From positions 1 through 32,486 of IMG/VR virus record IMGVR_UViG_3300037515_001149: a stretch of 32,486 nucleotides of DNA; one strand, given 5' to 3'. This document shows positions 16,660 to 25,549 of this stretch, in pieces. Each line of letters opens with the position of its first letter. Position 1 is the first letter of the stretch. Source of the stretch: a virus. Its lineage: Duplodnaviria > Caudoviricetes. The translations under genes were made by a program, and so were the position numbers. A model generated the notes under the pieces. It was not told the DNA's origin, did no database searches, and worked only from the letters and a program-made list of their open reading frames with translations.

Positions 16660-17080
16660 CTGCCCTGACTGCGGCAGCGCCTGCTACTGCCACGGCGATA
16701 TCGACGACTGCGTGGTCGAGACGGAAGCGTATTCGGCCATGCACTGCGACCACTGCCCCGACGACTACGCTTGGGACGGGGACGACGAATGGGAGGATGA
16801 CGAGGACGATCTCTACCATCCGACCTGGATCGAGCCGACCGACGACGTGGACTACGGGCCGGACGCGGAGTTCATGTGGGCGTGGTGCACGGGCTGCCGG
16901 AGGGTCGAGGACCACGTGGTGACGGAGGCCGGCGATGGTCCGGCGGGCCGGTGGGTGGACGTGCGCTGCACCGGCTGCTTCGCCGCCTCCAGGCACGCGG
17001 TGGCCGACGTGGAGGCGAGCCCGGGGCCGACGCCACCGGCGGACATGGTGGCCGCTCCAGACGACGATTTGCCGTTCTGA
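16652..17080 (+). CDS. Cys/Asp-rich protein with SSB-like C-terminal tail
   Basis: CPDCGSACYC, CDHC, CTGC x2; ends APDDDLPF*. Confidence 0.65.
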   Translation: MHSCPDCGSACYCHGDIDDCVVETEAYSAMHCDHCPDDYAWDGDDEWEDDEDDLYHPTWIEPTDDVDYGPDAEFMWAWCTGCRRVEDHVVTEAGDGPAGRWVDVRCTGCFAASRHAVADVEASPGPTPPADMVAAPDDDLPF

Positions 17081-17094
17081 CGAGGGAGGATGAG

Positions 17095-18765
17095 GTGAGC
17101 GACCAGAACGAGGACCCCCGGGGGACCGGGGAGCGGAGGGAGGACGGCGCGATAGAGCGGCGGCTCCGCGGGGTCGAGAGCCAACTAGACGCGCTGGTGC
17201 CGCTCGTCTCGGAGCGCTTCTGGGCGCTGGAGAGGCGCCAGCGGCCGGAGGGGTACCAGCGGCTGACCGACCCGCCCCGCAAGCCGGACGACGCGGCCGG
17301 GGACGCCCCCGTAGGGTCCGCGAGGCGCACCGCCCGCCTGCTGGTGGACGCCCTGGTGTACGACCCGCTCGCTGAGGGCACGCGTACACAGCATCTCGCA
17401 CGAGGCGTGGCGGCACGCTGTGGACTCCGGCTGGCCGACCCGCCCGGTTCCGTCACGGAGGAGGTGCCGGAGGCGACCGAGGAGACGGCAGGGGACAGCG
17501 ACGAGGCCCGCCTGGATCGGCTGTACCGGCGCAACCGCACACTCAACGGCGCCCTCCGCGAGGCTGCTGAGGTGCTGCGCGAGGTTGGGATGCCGGAGGG
17601 ACTGTCGGTCGCCGACGACATCCGCGTGCTCGCCAAGGAGCGAGACGAGGCGGCGGAGCGGGTGTCCGCCCTCGTGGCGCAAGTCAACGCCGTGACGGAG
17701 GAGCGGGACCGGCTCGTCGCCGGCTGGGAGGAGACCTCCAGTGTGTGGCAGGGCCGGGCGCTGGCCGGCGAGAAGCGTCTCCTCGAACGCCAGCGAGAAG
17801 CTCCGGAGCCCACGGAGGCCGAGCTGCGCGAGCGGGGCGAGAGGGAGCTTGCCGGCGGGTCGTGGTGCGTGACGGTCGTCGGATCGCGCTTCGGCTCGTG
17901 GCTGGACGCGGGCCTGCCCAGTGGGGTGATCGTGATGATCCGCGACGGCGCCGGCTGGCGAGTGCCAGCATCCTTCCGGCACACGTGCCTGTCGCATCAG
18001 GTCTACGTCGATCGCGTGACCCTCGCCGCCTCCGAGGTCGTCCACATGCACCTGTACGAGGTGGCGGTGGTCAACCCGTGGGCTGGCCTCGCCCGGACCG
18101 TGTGGCTCCGGGAGGGCGAGGAGGCCCTGGCCGAGAAGCATGCCGCGGCGACGATCTCCGACGCCCCGGAGCCCAGCGGGGGAGGGGAGGCGCGTCCCGG
18201 CTGGAGGGAGCGTCTCGCCCAGCGTCTGGAGGACACCGCCGGTTCACAGGGTGCGGTCCTTACGGCGCAGGATCTCCTCCAGGCCGCGCACACGCTGAGA
18301 GACGAGGCCCGCCGTCTCCGCTCCTTCCCTCCTGCGGGAGAGTGCAAGGAATGCGACACGTGGCAAGAGAAGCTTCACGAGCAGATCAGCGAAGGCGACG
18401 AGGAAGCGGGTCGGATCCGCGCCGCCTTCGGGATCGTGCCCGATGGCCGGTCGTTGGAGGCGCAGTTGCTTGAGGTCGCGGCGGTTCGTCCTGCGGGAGA
18501 GGGGGAGCCGGTGATGTGGCGGTGGAGGCGGCGCCAGCTAAGTGGTGAGTGGGGCACATGGGTCCCGGAGTCCTTCTGCCCGACCTTCGGCACCCGCGGG
18601 GACTGGGAGTGCGAGGTCCAGCCCCTCTACGCCTCCCCCCAGCCGGAGCACGCCGCTCCCCGGGAGGAGCCGGAGGACCTGGTCGAGGAGGACCTGGACC
18701 GAGCCTTCGCGCCGCCGCCGCTCGAGGAGGAGCCCGTCCGCTCCGCTCCCCGGAAGGACCCATGA
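17095..18765 (+). CDS. Large mosaic accessory protein (coiled coils plus Ea/Eaa-like modules)
   Basis: SD GGAGG, GTG start; coiled-coil stretches; GEPVMWRW...QPLYASPQP motif typical of lambdoid accessory proteins. Confidence 0.6.
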   Translation: MSDQNEDPRGTGERREDGAIERRLRGVESQLDALVPLVSERFWALERRQRPEGYQRLTDPPRKPDDAAGDAPVGSARRTARLLVDALVYDPLAEGTRTQHLARGVAARCGLRLADPPGSVTEEVPEATEETAGDSDEARLDRLYRRNRTLNGALREAAEVLREVGMPEGLSVADDIRVLAKERDEAAERVSALVAQVNAVTEERDRLVAGWEETSSVWQGRALAGEKRLLERQREAPEPTEAELRERGERELAGGSWCVTVVGSRFGSWLDAGLPSGVIVMIRDGAGWRVPASFRHTCLSHQVYVDRVTLAASEVVHMHLYEVAVVNPWAGLARTVWLREGEEALAEKHAAATISDAPEPSGGGEARPGWRERLAQRLEDTAGSQGAVLTAQDLLQAAHTLRDEARRLRSFPPAGECKECDTWQEKLHEQISEGDEEAGRIRAAFGIVPDGRSLEAQLLEVAAVRPAGEGEPVMWRWRRRQLSGEWGTWVPESFCPTFGTRGDWECEVQPLYASPQPEHAAPREEPEDLVEEDLDRAFAPPPLEEEPVRSAPRKDP

Positions 18766-19412
18766 CCGAGCCCAAGAGGTGCCCCGAGTGCCGCTTCCTC
18801 GAGGGCGACCACGCTTTCGCCTGCTCCGTCGGCCAGGAGTCCCGGACCCTGGAGCAGTGGCGGCGGTGGGCGCTGGCTTTCGCGGAGTCCGTGGAGCGCC
18901 GGGACGGACGGATCCGGAGGCTCCGGGAGTTGGTGACGCTGTGGCAGGGGAAGCACGCCATCCTCTGCCGGGAGAACAACGCGCTGCGGCGGATGGTCGT
19001 GGCCGAGCCCCGGGCGACGGAGGGCCCCGACGCCTACCTCTGCCCTCAGTGCGGGCCCGGGGTCGGCGTGGACGAGGACGGGTGCTGCGCAGCCTGCGGA
19101 GCCGACACTACGACGGTGAGCCAGGTGAGGCGGTGGCTGGGCGAGAGGCTCGAGGGGACGGCGCGGTACGCCTGCCGCGTCAACCCCGTGGAGGTGCGGG
19201 GTTGGCTGGACGGGCGCTTCCTGGAGCTTCGCGTCTGGCTGGAGGACAACCCGGACGTGCGGGTGCCGGCCGTGCTCTACGTCCACGCCCCCACGGGGGC
19301 AGACGCCGGTCGGGACGGCGATCCTGCTGTGGGCCCGCACGTAGCCTCCGGGGAGGGTCCAGGGCGCGGTGGACCCTCTCCGGAGCGGGAGCCCACGGGA
19401 GGTGCCACGTGA
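18762..19412 (+). CDS. Multi-module Cys-rich hypothetical protein
   Basis: CPEC...H...C, coiled coil, CPQC...CCAACG; ATGA/GTGA coupling. Confidence 0.6.
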   Translation: MTEPKRCPECRFLEGDHAFACSVGQESRTLEQWRRWALAFAESVERRDGRIRRLRELVTLWQGKHAILCRENNALRRMVVAEPRATEGPDAYLCPQCGPGVGVDEDGCCAACGADTTTVSQVRRWLGERLEGTARYACRVNPVEVRGWLDGRFLELRVWLEDNPDVRVPAVLYVHAPTGADAGRDGDPAVGPHVASGEGPGRGGPSPEREPTGGAT

Positions 19413-19759
19413 GACGTGACCGCCGGTCTGACTTCGGTTTGCGGGCGCAAGGCCAGGCCGCGACCGAGCCCGCGCTGACCACATTCCTCGAGCCCACCTG
19501 CCCCCGGTGCGGGCGCCCCTATCCGTGCTACGCTACCAGGAGGACCGGGGACGTCGTTGTGCTGGTGGCGGTGGACGGGTGTGGGACGAGGGAGATGGAG
19601 AACCTGCGACCGGGAGGGAGAGACCACGTCGTGTCCCGGAAGCGGGGAGGTTCGGACGATCCATTGAACCTGGTGGCCGCCTGCGGATTATGTAATCGCT
19701 CCAAACAACACCTTTCTCTGGACGAGTGGCGGCGTCGGAAGGGGGCGGCAAATGTCTAG
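19409..19759 (+). CDS. HNH endonuclease
   Basis: DHVVSRKRGGSDDPLNLVAACGLCNRSK. Confidence 0.8.
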   Translation: MRRDRRSDFGLRAQGQAATEPALTTFLEPTCPRCGRPYPCYATRRTGDVVVLVAVDGCGTREMENLRPGGRDHVVSRKRGGSDDPLNLVAACGLCNRSKQHLSLDEWRRRKGAANV

Positions 19760-20552
19760 GATTCGAACGATCAAACCTGAATTCTGGGCTGACGAGAAGC
19801 TAGCCCCCTTACCCCCCATTGATCGGCTCGTATTCCTCGGCCTGATCTCCATGGCCGACGATGCAGGACGTATGGTGGACAGCGTACGTCAGTTGGACGG
19901 GGCGCTTTTCCCGTTTTCGGACGACACCTGCGGGCCCTCTCTCGATACTCTCGCGAGACTCTCGCGAGTCCGTCGCTACATTTCAGAGAGTGGGCAGCAT
20001 CTCGTCCAGATTGAGGGCTGGGAGAAGCATCAGAAGGTTGACCGACCAGCGAAGTACGTGCTCCCACCACCACCGCCGGAAGACCCTGAATCGGCTTCAC
20101 TTAGCGACCCTCGCGAGAACCTCGCGACATCCTCGCGACATCCTCGCGCTCCGACCTACGACCTACGACCTACGACCTACGACCCTGGACCAGAAGAAAC
20201 CCCCCCTGTGGTCCCCCCCGGGGCGGACGCCCCCCAGAAGAAATCCACGAAGGAGCGTGCGTCGTCCCTCCCTTCCGGATGGGCGCCAAACCAGGGCCAC
20301 GCCGAGGTAGCCACCGAGGAGCGCGTTGACCTGGAGCGCGAGGCCACGAAATTCCGCGACCACGCGGCTTCAGAGGGTCGCCGTCAACTCGACTGGGACG
20401 CAGCATTCCGCAACTGGCTCCGAAAGGCCAGGGACTTTCAGCGACCATCGCAGCAGAGCGGCGACGGCGAGCGGAGGGATTCGCAGGGTAGGCGCCTCGT
20501 GCAGAGCCCGACCAAGCGGCTACCGCCACCCCAGAGGCCGACGTGGCTCTGA
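19752..20552 (+). CDS. Phage replication initiator / replisome organizer
   Basis: MSRIRTIKPEFWADEKL...LGLISMADDAGR...WEKHQK N-terminal domain; C-terminal KFRDH...DWDAAFRNWL domain; internal DNA repeats. Confidence 0.8.
   Translation: MSRIRTIKPEFWADEKLAPLPPIDRLVFLGLISMADDAGRMVDSVRQLDGALFPFSDDTCGPSLDTLARLSRVRRYISESGQHLVQIEGWEKHQKVDRPAKYVLPPPPPEDPESASLSDPRENLATSSRHPRAPTYDLRPTTYDPGPEETPPVVPPGADAPQKKSTKERASSLPSGWAPNQGHAEVATEERVDLEREATKFRDHAASEGRRQLDWDAAFRNWLRKARDFQRPSQQSGDGERRDSQGRRLVQSPTKRLPPPQRPTWL
20109..20184 (+). repeat. Putative replication origin: 11-bp iterons plus 7-bp tandem repeats
   Basis: CCTCGCGANNN-type unit x4 at 11-bp period (20109, 20120, 20131, 20142; the last degenerate), then CGACCTA x4 (20152-20179). 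Related ACTCTCGCGAG x2 at 19947-19968. Confidence 0.75.
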
Positions 20553-22198
20553 GCGACGAGGTCCAGGCCGCGGTGCTGGCTCGCCAGGATTGGAAGCCCA
20601 AGCGCAACCGGGAGCGCGTCCACTTCCGGTGCCCTCGCCACGAGGACCGGGAGCCGTCCGCCTGGACGGGAGGCGGGGCATGGGGATGCTTCGCCTGCGG
20701 TTTCGAAGAACCCATCACGACCCTGGCCGAAGTCCTGGGAGTCGTGCCGGAGGGTGGGGGCTACACACTGGAGCGCTACGCCGACGAGAAGCGGTTTTCC
20801 ACCACGAAGCTCCGGGAGTGGGGGCTCGAGACGACGACGTACCAGGACCGCGAGGTAGTGCGGATCCCCTACTTCGGCATGGACGGCGTAGAGCTCCGGG
20901 CCCGCTTCCGGTCCGCGACCGGGAAGTGGTGGGAGGGCCGAAACCGGCCGATCTACCTGTACGGCGTCTGGCGTCTGGTCGAGCTCCAGGACGGCGCCGT
21001 CGTCTGGATCGTCGAGGGGGAATCCGATTGCCACGCCCTCTGGTCGGCGGGGCTCAACGCTGTGGGCGTTCCGGGGGCGACGAGCTGGAAGGACGAGTGG
21101 GCCCAGTACCTCCGAGGCTTCACGCTCTTCGCCTGGGAGGAACCAGACCAGGGCGGCGCCCAGTTCGTCCAGCGAATCACCGACAGCCTGCCTGGAACCC
21201 GGGTTGTGAGTGGAGCGGAGGCCAAGGACGCCTGCGACCTTCGGGCGAAGATGGGGGACGGCTTCCGTGAGGCGATGGAGGGTCTGGCATCCCAGGCATG
21301 GCCAGCCGGCACCGAGGCGCCACCCGTGGCGTTTGACGTGCTCGACGAGCGCCGCCTCGCCGCCCTCCTGGACCAGAAGCTCCGCCCCATCGACGCCGTT
21401 CCCACCCCGTTTCCCGCATGGAACCGGAGCTGCCGTGACGAGGGAGGAGGCGCCGGCCTCGCCCGGGGTTGGCACGTCCTGGCCGCGGCCCGCACCGGAG
21501 TCGGGAAGAGCATTCTCGCGCTGAACATCGCCGTCCGGGCGATGATGGCCGGCGAGACGGTGTGCTTCGTCTCGCTGGAGATGGCGCAACCCCAGGTCGA
21601 GACGCGCCTTCTGGCGATCATGGCGAACGAGCCGATCCACGCCCTGGAAAAGGGCCCGTTCTTCGACCACGACGCCTACGCCAGGGCCAGCCGGCGAATC
21701 CTGGAAGCGCGCGGAAAGTTCGTCACCAACCGCGAGCCGATCCACAACATCGACGCGGTGGTGAGGTCGATCCAGTTCAACCACCAGGTCCACGGAGCCC
21801 GCTTCTTTGTTGTGGACTACCTCCAGCTCGCAGGCAACCCGAACGACCCAGAGTCGATCACCACGATCTCCCACGCCATCCGGCGCCAGGCGCGGGACCT
21901 ACAGGTCGTCACGTTCGGCTTGTCGCAGTTCAACCGCTCCACGTCGGTCCTCAAGGAGACGCCTACGGTCCACGGGCTGATGGGCGGATCCGAGCTGGAG
22001 AACGCTGCCGACCAGATCGCCCTCGTCGATCACTCGAAGGTCGTCGAGGGCGACAACTGCTGGACCACGAACCTGCTGCTGGCGAAGAACCGCCACGGCC
22101 CGGGCGGTGACATCCCCATCCGCTTCGACCGCCGCACGCTCCAGATGCGAGAGCTCCTGGACGACGAGATCCCCACCAACCTGGCAGGCGACCGATGA
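20543..22198 (+). CDS. Primase-helicase (CHC2 Zn finger + TOPRIM + DnaB-like SF4 helicase)
   Basis: CPRH...CFAC; IVEGESD, GVPGA, KDACD (TOPRIM); AARTGVGKS, FVSLEM, VVDYLQL, LSQFNR, AKNRHG (DnaB). Confidence 0.9.
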   Translation: MALSDEVQAAVLARQDWKPKRNRERVHFRCPRHEDREPSAWTGGGAWGCFACGFEEPITTLAEVLGVVPEGGGYTLERYADEKRFSTTKLREWGLETTTYQDREVVRIPYFGMDGVELRARFRSATGKWWEGRNRPIYLYGVWRLVELQDGAVVWIVEGESDCHALWSAGLNAVGVPGATSWKDEWAQYLRGFTLFAWEEPDQGGAQFVQRITDSLPGTRVVSGAEAKDACDLRAKMGDGFREAMEGLASQAWPAGTEAPPVAFDVLDERRLAALLDQKLRPIDAVPTPFPAWNRSCRDEGGGAGLARGWHVLAAARTGVGKSILALNIAVRAMMAGETVCFVSLEMAQPQVETRLLAIMANEPIHALEKGPFFDHDAYARASRRILEARGKFVTNREPIHNIDAVVRSIQFNHQVHGARFFVVDYLQLAGNPNDPESITTISHAIRRQARDLQVVTFGLSQFNRSTSVLKETPTVHGLMGGSELENAADQIALVDHSKVVEGDNCWTTNLLLAKNRHGPGGDIPIRFDRRTLQMRELLDDEIPTNLAGDR

Positions 22199-22845
22199 AA
22201 GCCCTCCCGAGCTACTGGGGGGGCACGCTGTTCCGTTCCCGCACCGAAGCGAGGTGGGCATGCTTTTTCGATGAGATGGGGTTGCGGTGGGAGTATGAGC
22301 CGCAAGGGTTCGAGCTGTCCGATGGGACACGGTACCTGCCCGACTTTTGGATGCCGGACATGGGGATGTGGGTGGAGGTCAAGCCGGACGCTGGGCCTAC
22401 TCGCAAGGAGCGGATCAAAGGGGAGTTACTTGCCGAGGGTTCTGGTCATCCTGTGCTTTTTCTCGCGGGAGCTCCTTGGCCACGCAGCTTCGACGTCGTC
22501 CATCCAAGCCGCACCGACGGACAGCCTGGGGTGGACTGGTGGTGGGCATGCTGGCAAGCACAGTACACCGGATGGATTGACGAGGACGGCCAGCCGCACG
22601 AGCCGCGTGACGTTCGGCCGCGTCTTTTCATGTGCCCGTCTCCAGGAGACGAGGGTTGTGACATCGCCGAATTGGCCATGCGCAAGGCACGCGCCGTGGA
22701 CTTTTCTGACCCGCCTGCGGAGGCATTCGCGCCCCTCGCCTGGGAGGGCGTCGGCGTCACGGTCGGGGAGGAGTGGGAGACGGGCGCGAGTCGAGATCGT
22801 GGCGTGGACGAGGACGAGCGGGAGGAGTCCGGTGATGCAGCGTGA
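22195..22845 (+). CDS. PD-(D/E)XK nuclease family phage protein
   Basis: FRSRTEARWACFFD...WEYEPQGF...YLPDFW...VEVK. Confidence 0.75.
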   Translation: MKALPSYWGGTLFRSRTEARWACFFDEMGLRWEYEPQGFELSDGTRYLPDFWMPDMGMWVEVKPDAGPTRKERIKGELLAEGSGHPVLFLAGAPWPRSFDVVHPSRTDGQPGVDWWWACWQAQYTGWIDEDGQPHEPRDVRPRLFMCPSPGDEGCDIAELAMRKARAVDFSDPPAEAFAPLAWEGVGVTVGEEWETGASRDRGVDEDEREESGDAA

Positions 22846-22919
22846 GGCGGAACGGGAGTACGTCTCGTGAGGGGTAGGAAGGAACGCCCCGGCAAGGTTG
22901 TCACTGTATCGAAACGAGG

Positions 22920-22975
22920 CGGGTCCTTGTTCCGGGGGGTCTCTGGTGGGTGACGCTCAAGCCGGGTCTTTTCGC
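22920..22975 (+). other. Putative lambda-like cos packaging site (cosQ/cosN region)
   Basis: GGGTCCT (lambda cosQ heptamer) at 22921-22927, GGGTGACGCTCA at 22948-22959 and TTTTCGC at 22969, in the non-coding gap just upstream of the Nu1-like gene. Confidence 0.55.
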
Positions 22976-23049
22976 ACAGGCAGGCCCCCGAAATCTGGTT
23001 GTCGCCGTCGTGGCGTCGCCGCCGCACCACCCCACGTCTCGGCGGCTGC

Positions 23050-23550
23050 GTGGACCCTCTGACCGCCACGCAGCCAGAGATCGCCCGGATCTTCGGCGTC
23101 TCCACTCGCACCATCCAGCGATGGGAGGAGCTCGGGCTCGCGTCGGCGCGGGTCGAGGGTGGTGACGTTCTCCGCTACGACGTCCCCAGGGCCGTGGCCT
23201 GGCGGGTGGAGCAAGAGGCGGCCCGGGTGGCGGACGCGCACGACGAACCGGGGAGCTTCGAGGCCGCCCGGGCGAGGAAGGAGCTGGCCCTCGCCCAGAT
23301 CCGCGAGATCGAGCTGGCGGAGCTGCAGGGTAAGATGGTGCGGGTGGCCCAGCGGGACGCGACGGTCCGCGAAGCCCTGGAGGCGGGGGACCGGATCCTG
23401 AAGGCCTCTCCCCGGAGGCTGGCGAATCGGTGGGCGCGCCGCCTGAAGGTCACCGAACCGGAGGCCATCGAGTTGATCGAGGAGCTCGTCGAGGACGTGC
23501 GGTGCCTGCTGCGGGAGAGGGGGGCGGATGGCGACGACGCTGCAGCCTGA
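23050..23550 (+). CDS. Terminase small subunit (Nu1-like)
   Basis: TQPEIARIFGVSTRTIQRWEELG wHTH, YDVPRAVAW, coiled coil ARARKELALAQIREIELAELQGKMV; start codon uncertain. Confidence 0.85.
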   Translation: MDPLTATQPEIARIFGVSTRTIQRWEELGLASARVEGGDVLRYDVPRAVAWRVEQEAARVADAHDEPGSFEAARARKELALAQIREIELAELQGKMVRVAQRDATVREALEAGDRILKASPRRLANRWARRLKVTEPEAIELIEELVEDVRCLLRERGADGDDAAA

Positions 23551-25549
23551 CGTCCCACCCCTGTGGCTTTACCGGGATGTGTTCCGCCCGGCCCCCCGCC
23601 TCTCGCTGTCGGAGTGGGCCGACCGATACGGGTATCTCTCCGACGGCCAGAAGTGGGACACCTCCGTCGTGCCCTACCTCCGGGAGCCGATGGACGCCAC
23701 GACCGACCGGAGCGTCCGGGAGGTGGTCGTGGAGAAGGCGGCGCGCTTGGGCTACACCGAGGGGGTTGTGGGCCAGAGGGTGGGCTTCGACATCCACCAC
23801 GACCCCGAGAGGATCCTGGTGGTCTTCCCTCGCGAGCAGCAGGACGCGAAGCACTGGAGCCAGCACACCCTCTCGAAGATGATCCAGGCGGCGCCCGTCC
23901 TGCGGGAGCTCGTGCCGGAAGCTCGGAGCCGAGAGTCAGGAAACACGATTCTCGATAAGGTCTTCCCGGGGGGGTCCATCACAATCCGGGGGGCCCACTC
24001 CCCCACCGGCCTCCGGCGCCACACCGCCCGGGATGTGATCCTGGACGAGATCGACGGGATGAGTGCCTCCTCGGGCGCAGGCCAGAAGCAGGCGGGGGAC
24101 CCGATCATGCTGGCCACGAGGGCCTGCCGCACCATCGCAGACTCGAAGGTGATCATGGGCTCCACGCCCCGGTCCCTCGGGTCGTCCCGGATCCGCCGGG
24201 CCCTGGCCACCTCCGACTGGCGCGAGTACCACGTCCCCTGCCCACATTGCCGGGAGCACCAGGTCCTCGAATGGGGCGGACCCGGGACGGAACACGGCGT
24301 GAAGTGGGCGAAGGAGGTCGCGTGCAAGGGTTGTGGGGTCGAGCTCCAGCCGGACGAGGAGGAGTGCGCCGACTGCGGCTCCCGGGAGAAGGCCGTGACC
24401 CACCTCCCCGAGACCGCACACTACGTCTGTCGCCACTGCACCGAGGCGATCGAGGAGACAGAGAAGCCGTGGATGCTGGAGGAAGGACGCTGGGTGCCTC
24501 GCTACCCCGGCCGCTCCGTCCGTGGCTACAAGATCAGCGGCCTCCTCTCACCCTTCCCCGGCGCCTCATGGGCGAAGATGGCGGCCGAGTTCCTGCGCTC
24601 GAAGGACGAGCCCAACCTCCTCCAGGTGTGGGTCAACGAGTGGCTCGGAGATCCCTTCGAGGACCGCGGCGTGAAGGTGGACGTACGGGGCCTGGAGGCC
24701 CTGGCCGTCCAGTACGTCGGTCCGGGGGGCGAGATCGTGGAGGTGCCCGACGGCGTGGGCGTGCTCGCCGCCGGCGTGGACGTCCAGACGGCCGGCGGCG
24801 GGTGGCTGGAGCTCCTGGTCCGGGGCTACGGGGTGCGCTGGGAGTCCTGGGACATCCTGCACGAGCGCATCCACGGCCACCCCCGGCTGAAGGAGACGTG
24901 GGCGCGCCTGGACCACTTCCTGACCCGGGCGTACCGGCACGAGAAGGGCGGGGAGCTGCGGATCCTCAGCACCTTCATCGACTCGAAGGACGGCAACACC
25001 GTCGAGCATGTCTACGGGTTCGTAGGCCCCCGCCGTGGGCGTGGAGTCTGGCCGTGCCGGGGCGATACCGGACGCGCCGACGCCACCTTCCCGGTGCGTC
25101 CGAACCGGGTACAGGGGACGAGCCTTTACGTCTGGCCGGTGGCCACCTTCGCGGCGAAGGCCTCGCTCTTCTGGCGGCTCCACGCCACGATCGCCGGCGA
25201 CCCCGAGCGCCAGCACGGCCCCGGCAGGATCCACCTCCGCGCCCGCACCCCGCCTCTCTGCAATGGCTTCGACGCCGAGTACTTCGCCCAGTTCGGATCC
25301 GAAGAGAAGAAGCGCGTCAAGATCAAGGGGACGGCCCGGTACGAGGAGCGCTTCGTCCAGACCCGGGAGAGGAACGAGACCGTGGACCTGCAGATCTACG
25401 CCGACTCCGCCTTCCGCTCCCTGCACATCACGGACGAGCAGATGCCCGCATGGGTCGAGGCCGCCCGCGAAGGCAGGACCCCGGGCAAGAAGAAGCTCAA
25501 GACCGGCCCCCGGAAGCCGAGCGGCGGTTTCGTGCGAGGGTACCGGTGA
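23528..25549 (+). CDS. Terminase large subunit, lambda GpA family
   Basis: SLSEWAD, PYLREPMD, KAARLGYTE (GpA-type Walker A), VILDEID, STP, VPCPHC, AGVDVQ, RNETVD. Confidence 0.93.
   Translation: MATTLQPDVPPLWLYRDVFRPAPRLSLSEWADRYGYLSDGQKWDTSVVPYLREPMDATTDRSVREVVVEKAARLGYTEGVVGQRVGFDIHHDPERILVVFPREQQDAKHWSQHTLSKMIQAAPVLRELVPEARSRESGNTILDKVFPGGSITIRGAHSPTGLRRHTARDVILDEIDGMSASSGAGQKQAGDPIMLATRACRTIADSKVIMGSTPRSLGSSRIRRALATSDWREYHVPCPHCREHQVLEWGGPGTEHGVKWAKEVACKGCGVELQPDEEECADCGSREKAVTHLPETAHYVCRHCTEAIEETEKPWMLEEGRWVPRYPGRSVRGYKISGLLSPFPGASWAKMAAEFLRSKDEPNLLQVWVNEWLGDPFEDRGVKVDVRGLEALAVQYVGPGGEIVEVPDGVGVLAAGVDVQTAGGGWLELLVRGYGVRWESWDILHERIHGHPRLKETWARLDHFLTRAYRHEKGGELRILSTFIDSKDGNTVEHVYGFVGPRRGRGVWPCRGDTGRADATFPVRPNRVQGTSLYVWPVATFAAKASLFWRLHATIAGDPERQHGPGRIHLRARTPPLCNGFDAEYFAQFGSEEKKRVKIKGTARYEERFVQTRERNETVDLQIYADSAFRSLHITDEQMPAWVEAAREGRTPGKKKLKTGPRKPSGGFVRGYR

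Noticed and set aside
20109-20184. Tandem repeats as a CRISPR array or DGR repeat
   Set aside because: Units are 7-11 bp with no unique spacers, and no cas or reverse transcriptase gene is present; an iteron origin explains them better.
14275-22845. Restriction-modification system formed by the MTases with the HNH or PD-(D/E)XK nuclease
   Set aside because: The nucleases are 3-6 kb from the MTases, lie in the replication module and resemble common phage accessory nucleases.
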